This document shows, piece by piece, positions 23,193 to 26,851 of a stretch of 26,851 bases of DNA (the first letter of the stretch is position 1; every line of letters begins with the position of its first letter). The position numbers and the translations under genes were made by a program. Origin of the DNA: a virus (lineage: Duplodnaviria > Caudoviricetes); the IMG/VR virus record IMGVR_UViG_3300017754_001849, positions 1 to 26,851 of that record; one strand, written 5' to 3'. The notes under the pieces were generated by a model. That model saw only the letters and a list, made by a program, of their open reading frames with translations. It was not told the origin of the DNA and did no database searches.

Positions 23193-23519
23193 ATGCCAGC
23201 ACCGATTAAAGACCCGCCCTACGTCCTGCCCACATCGCTTGCCAAGACTGACACGCAGCGCATCAAAGAATTAAAGCGCATGCTGATTGAAGGCCAAGGT
23301 GAGCATGTTGTCCAAAAGGTATTGGACATCGCGCTAGAAGACGGACATCCAGGGCAGATGGCTGCACTTAAGATGTGCATGGACAGGGCGCTCCCCGCCA
23401 GCCTGTTTGAGAAGACTGCCGCACAGCGCAGCGCCATTAACATCACCATATCAACGCTAGGCGCACCGCAGCCGATAGACAACAGCAACGTAATAGACGC
23501 AGAGGCCAACGATGGATGA
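23193..23519 (+). CDS. Probable terminase small subunit
   Basis: 108 aa, VVQKVLDIAL...QMAALKMCMDR, C-terminal beta strand INITIS; SD AAGGAG; upstream of TerL. Confidence 0.6.
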   Translation: MPAPIKDPPYVLPTSLAKTDTQRIKELKRMLIEGQGEHVVQKVLDIALEDGHPGQMAALKMCMDRALPASLFEKTAAQRSAINITISTLGAPQPIDNSNVIDAEANDG

Positions 23520-23913
23520 CTATCTAAATAGCTTGGGGCTATCGCCGCAGGAACTAAACAAAGTTATGTACCACCGGTCGAACATGGCCAAGCCTGGATT
23601 TGACGCCGAAGGCAATCCGATCACCATCTACGCCACCGGCATTCAAATACCGTCTGGCAAGTACAAAGGCCAGTTCGTATCGATACCTGGGTATGTGGGC
23701 GGCAAGGTGATTGAAGACGAAGGCGCCTTGTGGAAAACGTGGAAAAAAGATATTGAAGCCGGTAAGTGGCCGATATACCCGACCAGCAAAGCCTTGAATG
23801 AGCGCGACGCATGGTTGCATCAGGTAATGGAGCGCGACATGGCGCTAGAGCGAGCCAAGCAAACGCCAGCCGAATCGCTGTTTTACAAAGACCCATTTGG
23901 AGCGCCTGACTAA
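23512..23913 (+). CDS. Hypothetical protein between terS and terL
   Basis: 133 aa, SD GAGG, stop overlaps the terL start (TAATG). Confidence 0.7.
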   Translation: MDDYLNSLGLSPQELNKVMYHRSNMAKPGFDAEGNPITIYATGIQIPSGKYKGQFVSIPGYVGGKVIEDEGALWKTWKKDIEAGKWPIYPTSKALNERDAWLHQVMERDMALERAKQTPAESLFYKDPFGAPD

Positions 23914-25172
23914 TGTCTGACGTACACTTTCAGTTTCTGCCTTGGCAGGAACAAGTCTTTGCCGACCCAACCCGATTCAAAGTGATCGCTGCTGGCCGAC
24001 GCTGCGGCAAGTCTAGGTTAGCGGCAACGACTCTTTTGTTAGAGGGACTGAAGTGCCCCGCCGGCTCGGCTGTGCTGTATGTGGCGCCCACCAACGGCCA
24101 GGCCAGACAGATTATCTGGAACGTATTGATGGAGCTAGGGCGGGATGTGATCGCCAACAGTCACATTAACAACCAAGACATCACGCTAATTAATGGCGCG
24201 ACTATCTATGTCAGGGGCGCTGACCGGCCGGATACGCTCCGCGGTGTGTCGTTGACCTACGCCGTGCTGGACGAGGTAGCCGACATTAAGCCCGAAGCGT
24301 GGGAGCAGGTCATTCGTGCGTCGTTATCAGATAAGAAAGGCCGCGGGATGTTCATCGGAACGCCCAAGGGCAGGAATTGGTTCTACGATCTGTTTCAGTT
24401 AGGCGAAGACAATGCCGATTCGGATTGGAAGAGCTGGCACTTCACTACCAAAGACAACCCGCTAATTGACCCAGAAGAAATTGAGTCGGCCAAGAAGACG
24501 CTGTCGAGCTTTGCGTTTAAGCAAGAATACATGGCCAGTTTCAGTAACGCCGGCTCGGACATATTCAAGGAAGAGTGGATCAAGTACGGCGAAGAACCGT
24601 CGCAAGGTAGCTACTTTGTAGCCGTTGACTTGGCAGGATTTGAAGAAGTGGCCAAGCAAGCAGCCAACTCCAAGAAAAGGCTGGACGAGTCGGCCATTGC
24701 GGTAGTAAAAGTCACGGATGAGGGCAAATGGTGGATCAAGAAGATCGAGCATGGCCGCTGGGATATCCGCGAGACGGCTGCCAAGATACTGATGGCCATG
24801 CGCGACTACCGCCCAACATCCATCGGAATTGAGCGTGGAGCATTAAAAAATGCTGTTTTGCCATATTTAAGTGACTTAATGCGAAAAAATAATGTATATT
24901 CGCACATAGTTGACCTAACGCACGGCAACCGGAAAAAGGCTGACCGGATTATCTGGAGCCTCCAAGGGCGTTTTGAGCATGGTCGGATTGTGCTTAACTC
25001 AGACGAGGATTGGGACGTATTCCTAGATCAGCTTCTTATGTTCCCTGCACAAGGGGTACACGACGATTTGCCTGACGCCTTGTCCTATATAGACCAATTA
25101 GCCGTGACATCCTATATGCAAGAGGATGATTCTGACGATTGGGAACCGGTGGACATTATTTCGGGTGTATAA
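23913..25172 (+). CDS. terL: Terminase large subunit
   Basis: AGRRCGKS Walker A, YVAPT, LRG, VLDEVA Walker B, IGTPKG, nuclease VDLAG and HDDLPDA. Confidence 0.95.
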   Translation: MSDVHFQFLPWQEQVFADPTRFKVIAAGRRCGKSRLAATTLLLEGLKCPAGSAVLYVAPTNGQARQIIWNVLMELGRDVIANSHINNQDITLINGATIYVRGADRPDTLRGVSLTYAVLDEVADIKPEAWEQVIRASLSDKKGRGMFIGTPKGRNWFYDLFQLGEDNADSDWKSWHFTTKDNPLIDPEEIESAKKTLSSFAFKQEYMASFSNAGSDIFKEEWIKYGEEPSQGSYFVAVDLAGFEEVAKQAANSKKRLDESAIAVVKVTDEGKWWIKKIEHGRWDIRETAAKILMAMRDYRPTSIGIERGALKNAVLPYLSDLMRKNNVYSHIVDLTHGNRKKADRIIWSLQGRFEHGRIVLNSDEDWDVFLDQLLMFPAQGVHDDLPDALSYIDQLAVTSYMQEDDSDDWEPVDIISGV

Positions 25173-26851
25173 ATGGATCAAAACGAATTCGATCAACCCA
25201 CAGAGAATGACAAAGAGCTAGTCAGTTTCGTGGTTGACCACTGCGATCGGTGGAGAACGTATCGCGATATTAACTTCCTACCCGATTGGGAAGAGTATGA
25301 GCGCATCTTCCGTGGCCAATGGGCATCGGAAGATAAGACAAGAGAATCAGAGCGCTCACGCATCGTAACACCAGCCACCCAACAAGCTGTTGAAACCCGC
25401 CACGCTGAGATTATCGAGGCGATCTTTGGTTCGGGCGAATTCTTTGACATCAAAGACGATATTCAAGATGTTAATGGCGACCCAATGGATGTCGAGTTCT
25501 TAAAGCTCCAGATGATGGAGGATTTCAAGCGCGACAAGTTGAGGAAGCACGTCGATCAAGTGGTTTTGTTGGCTGAGATTTACGGCACTGGTATTGCTGA
25601 GATCACAACGTCAATGGAAAAAGAATTAGTTCCAGCGACCATGCCAATGGTTGGCGAATCACAAGCCGCCATCGGAACCGTTGAGAAGATGCGCGTGTCG
25701 GTCAAGCCGATGCCGATCAACCCTAAGAATTTCCTATGGGATCCAAACGGTACAACCGTTGAGGATTGCATGGGTGTGGCCATCGAGAAGTACGTATCAA
25801 TTCACAAGGTTGTGCGTGGTATCGAGCGTGGTATATACCGCAAGGTCAACATCACCCCGACCTACGAAGATACCGACTTAGAGCCGACCCAAGAAATTAG
25901 CCAGTACCAAGATGAAAAAGTCTTACTGCTAACTTACTACGGTCTAGTGCCACGCGAGTACCTGCAAAAGATTGAAGACGAAGACATCGTCGAGCTGTTC
26001 CCTGATGATTCAGCGGCTGAAGACTATCAAGACATGGTCGAGGCGATCATTGTTATCGCCAACGACGGCCTATTATTGAAGGCTGAAGAAAGTCCGTACA
26101 TGATGAAGGATCGTCCTGTACTGACTTATCAGGCTGATACGGTGCCAAATAGATTGCCAGGCCGTGGAACGATCGAAAAAGCGTACAACATGCAGAAGTC
26201 CATTGATGCGCAAGTGCGCACTCACTTGGACTCACTGGCACTAACCGCCTCGCCTATGATGGCCGTGGATGCTACGCGACTGCCTCGCGGTGCGAAGCTG
26301 ACAATCATGCCAGGCAAGGCTATCTACACCAACGGCAACCCGAACGAGATTTTATATCCGTTCAAGTTTGGCCAGACAGACGGCTCAAGCATCACGACAG
26401 CTGAGAAATTCCAGCAAATGCTCTTGCAAGCGACCGGCACGTTAGATTCTAACGGCATGGTGTCAGCGGTGGGGCGCGATGCGGCTGGTACTGGTATGTC
26501 GATGGCGGTGGCTTCAATTATCAAGAAGTACAAGCGCACACTGGTGAACTTCCAAGAAGACTTTTTGATTCCGTTCATCAACAAAGCAGCGTACCGCTTT
26601 ATGCAGTTTGATCCAGAGCGCTATCCGTCGGTCGATATGGTCTTCATTCCGACCGCTACGCTGGGCATTATTGCGCGTGAGTACGAACAGGCTCAATTTA
26701 TCAGTTTGTTGCAGACTCTTGGCCCTGATACGCCTGTTTTGCCTATCATTCTTAAGGGAATTGTCGCAAATAGCTCGCTTTCTAACCGTGCTGAACTGAT
26801 GGCGCGCTTGGATTCTATGGGTCAAGTTGATCCAGCGGCACAAGAAAAGCA
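25173..26851 (+). CDS. Portal protein (3'-truncated, absent from ORF track)
   Basis: Frame from ATG 25173 (MDQNEFDQPTENDKELVSFVVDHCDRWRTYRD...) continuing toward the window end directly after terL; YGTG, GRG..EKAYNMQK and GTGMSM segments resemble podovirus portals. Confidence 0.85.
   Translation, partial: MDQNEFDQPTENDKELVSFVVDHCDRWRTYRDINFLPDWEEYERIFRGQWASEDKTRESERSRIVTPATQQAVETRHAEIIEAIFGSGEFFDIKDDIQDVNGDPMDVEFLKLQMMEDFKRDKLRKHVDQVVLLAEIYGTGIAEITTSMEKELVPATMPMVGESQAAIGTVEKMRVSVKPMPINPKNFLWDPNGTTVEDCMGVAIEKYVSIHKVVRGIERGIYRKVNITPTYEDTDLEPTQEISQYQDEKVLLLTYYGLVPREYLQKIEDEDIVELFPDDSAAEDYQDMVEAIIVIANDGLLLKAEESPYMMKDRPVLTYQADTVPNRLPGRGTIEKAYNMQKSIDAQVRTHLDSLALTASPMMAVDATRLPRGAKLTIMPGKAIYTNGNPNEILYPFKFGQTDGSSITTAEKFQQMLLQATGTLDSNGMVSAVGRDAAGTGMSMAVASIIKKYKRTLVNFQEDFLIPFINKAAYRFMQFDPERYPSVDMVFIPTATLGIIAREYEQAQFISLLQTLGPDTPVLPIILKGIVANSSLSNRAELMARLDSMGQVDPAAQEK

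Noticed and set aside
1-26851. tRNA, rRNA, integrase, transposase, alternative genetic code
   Set aside because: None recognised by eye; the large genes read through intact in the standard code.

Overview
A 26.9 kb stretch of a dsDNA tailed phage genome with podovirus-like architecture, probably infecting a Gram-negative proteobacterium (inferred from a lipobox protein, a CTGT-N8-ACAG LexA-type box and a dif-like site). Order: (+) head-tail adaptor (5'-truncated), nozzle, tail protein, cupin, three probable ejection proteins, lysis cassette (two overlapping membrane ORFs, holin, GH24 endolysin), and a separately promoted cassette (Cys-rich protein, HTH-metallophosphoesterase, hyper-acidic protein); (-) VRR-NUC, SNF2 helicase, small ORFs and a lipoprotein; (+) DUF2800-like nuclease, probable SSB, family A DNA polymerase, primase-helicase; (-) early operon with a GP88-like protein; then a ~1 kb control region and (+) TerS, unknown ORF, TerL and portal (3'-truncated). 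The control region (22.2-23.1 kb) is the most interesting part: iteron-like repeats, tandem LexA-type boxes, a small DNA-binding gene, an XerC/XerD dif-like site with a second inverted XerD arm, and a G-run before terS, with no integrase or CI-type repressor in the window. Other highlights are an apparent ATT start for the first lysis gene, strong local enrichment of GCCGGC at 18.5-22.7 kb, a loop-E-type RNA hairpin before polA, and an operator-like motif shared by two promoters. All calls come from reading motifs by eye; no searches were run and counts are manual.
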